64,000 nucleotides of DNA from an uncultured bacterium (GTDB lineage: Bacteria > Bacillota > Clostridia > Lachnospirales > Lachnospiraceae), in contig CAMSTY010000010.1 in assembly GCA_947063875.1 (NCBI GenBank), forward strand, positions 11,069 through 75,068, in the 5' to 3' direction. How positions within the stretch are numbered: the stretch's first letter is position 1; each line of letters opens with the position of its first letter. The position numbers and the translations under genes are program-made. Positions 63,951 to 64,000 of this stretch are shown here, piece after piece. The notes under the pieces are model-generated. The model had not been told where the DNA came from. It did not search any database and saw nothing but the letters and a program-made list of their open reading frames with translations.

Positions 63951-64000
63951 GCTTTATATCGGTAAAATAGGGTAAGAGGTTGCTGGTTTTTAGCAACATC

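Noticed and set aside
63951-64000. Possible start of the next flagellar gene (fliY/fliN) after fliM.
   Set aside because: Only about 50 nt remain, with no clear start codon and RBS combination, so a call cannot be supported.

Overview
The window looks like chromosomal DNA from a spore-forming, flagellated member of the Clostridia. Gene content is Lachnospiraceae-like, GC is roughly 50% by eye, and coding density is high on both strands.

Gene order, left to right:
- TRAP permease 3' end, then two metallopeptidases (M81 MlrC-like and M24-like).
- A DUF3842-like gene and an AraC regulator on the minus strand, divergent from a sugar ABC binding protein and a GH36 alpha-galactosidase.
- rpoN (sigma-54).
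- A truncated Cys/His-rich surface-protein remnant.
- An uncharacterised module: a DUF4364-like winged-helix gene divergent from a 1191-aa protein, a degenerate Hsp70/actin-fold protein and a TPR protein.
- T-box leader, valS, folC, a possible 45-aa ORF and a TPR membrane protein.
- spoIIAA-spoIIAB-sigF, then spoVAA-spoVAB-spoVAC.
- An ~8 kb interruption: AT-rich DNA, an Rpn-family nuclease, an IS630 remnant, a 502-aa orphan, yaaA, ldh and a LigB/Memo-like-AMMECR1 fusion.
- spoVAD-spoVAE, then PBP1A (minus strand).
- yigZ, typA, a tandem-OB SSB-like gene and a cobalamin adenosyltransferase-like gene.
- Lysine riboswitch, dapA, dapB and a lipoprotein.
- purC-purB-purA.
- A FliD-C-like Ser-rich protein, then a large flagellar operon: flgB, fliE, fliF, fliG, fliH, fliI, fliJ, fliK, flgD, a TIGR02530-like gene, flgE, flbD, motA, motB, fliM.

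No rRNA, tRNA or CRISPR array was seen.

The best candidate for an undescribed system is the 10.7-17.1 kb module. Other points worth a second look:
- the split spoVA operon with mobile-element debris;
- a T7G10 homopolymer in the flgB 5' UTR;
- the absence of flgC and fliL from their canonical operon slots;
- several small ORFs and repeats in sporulation intergenic regions.

All family assignments come from motif recognition by eye on the translated ORFs; no database search was run. Hand-derived coordinates of non-ORF features may be off by 1-2 nt.
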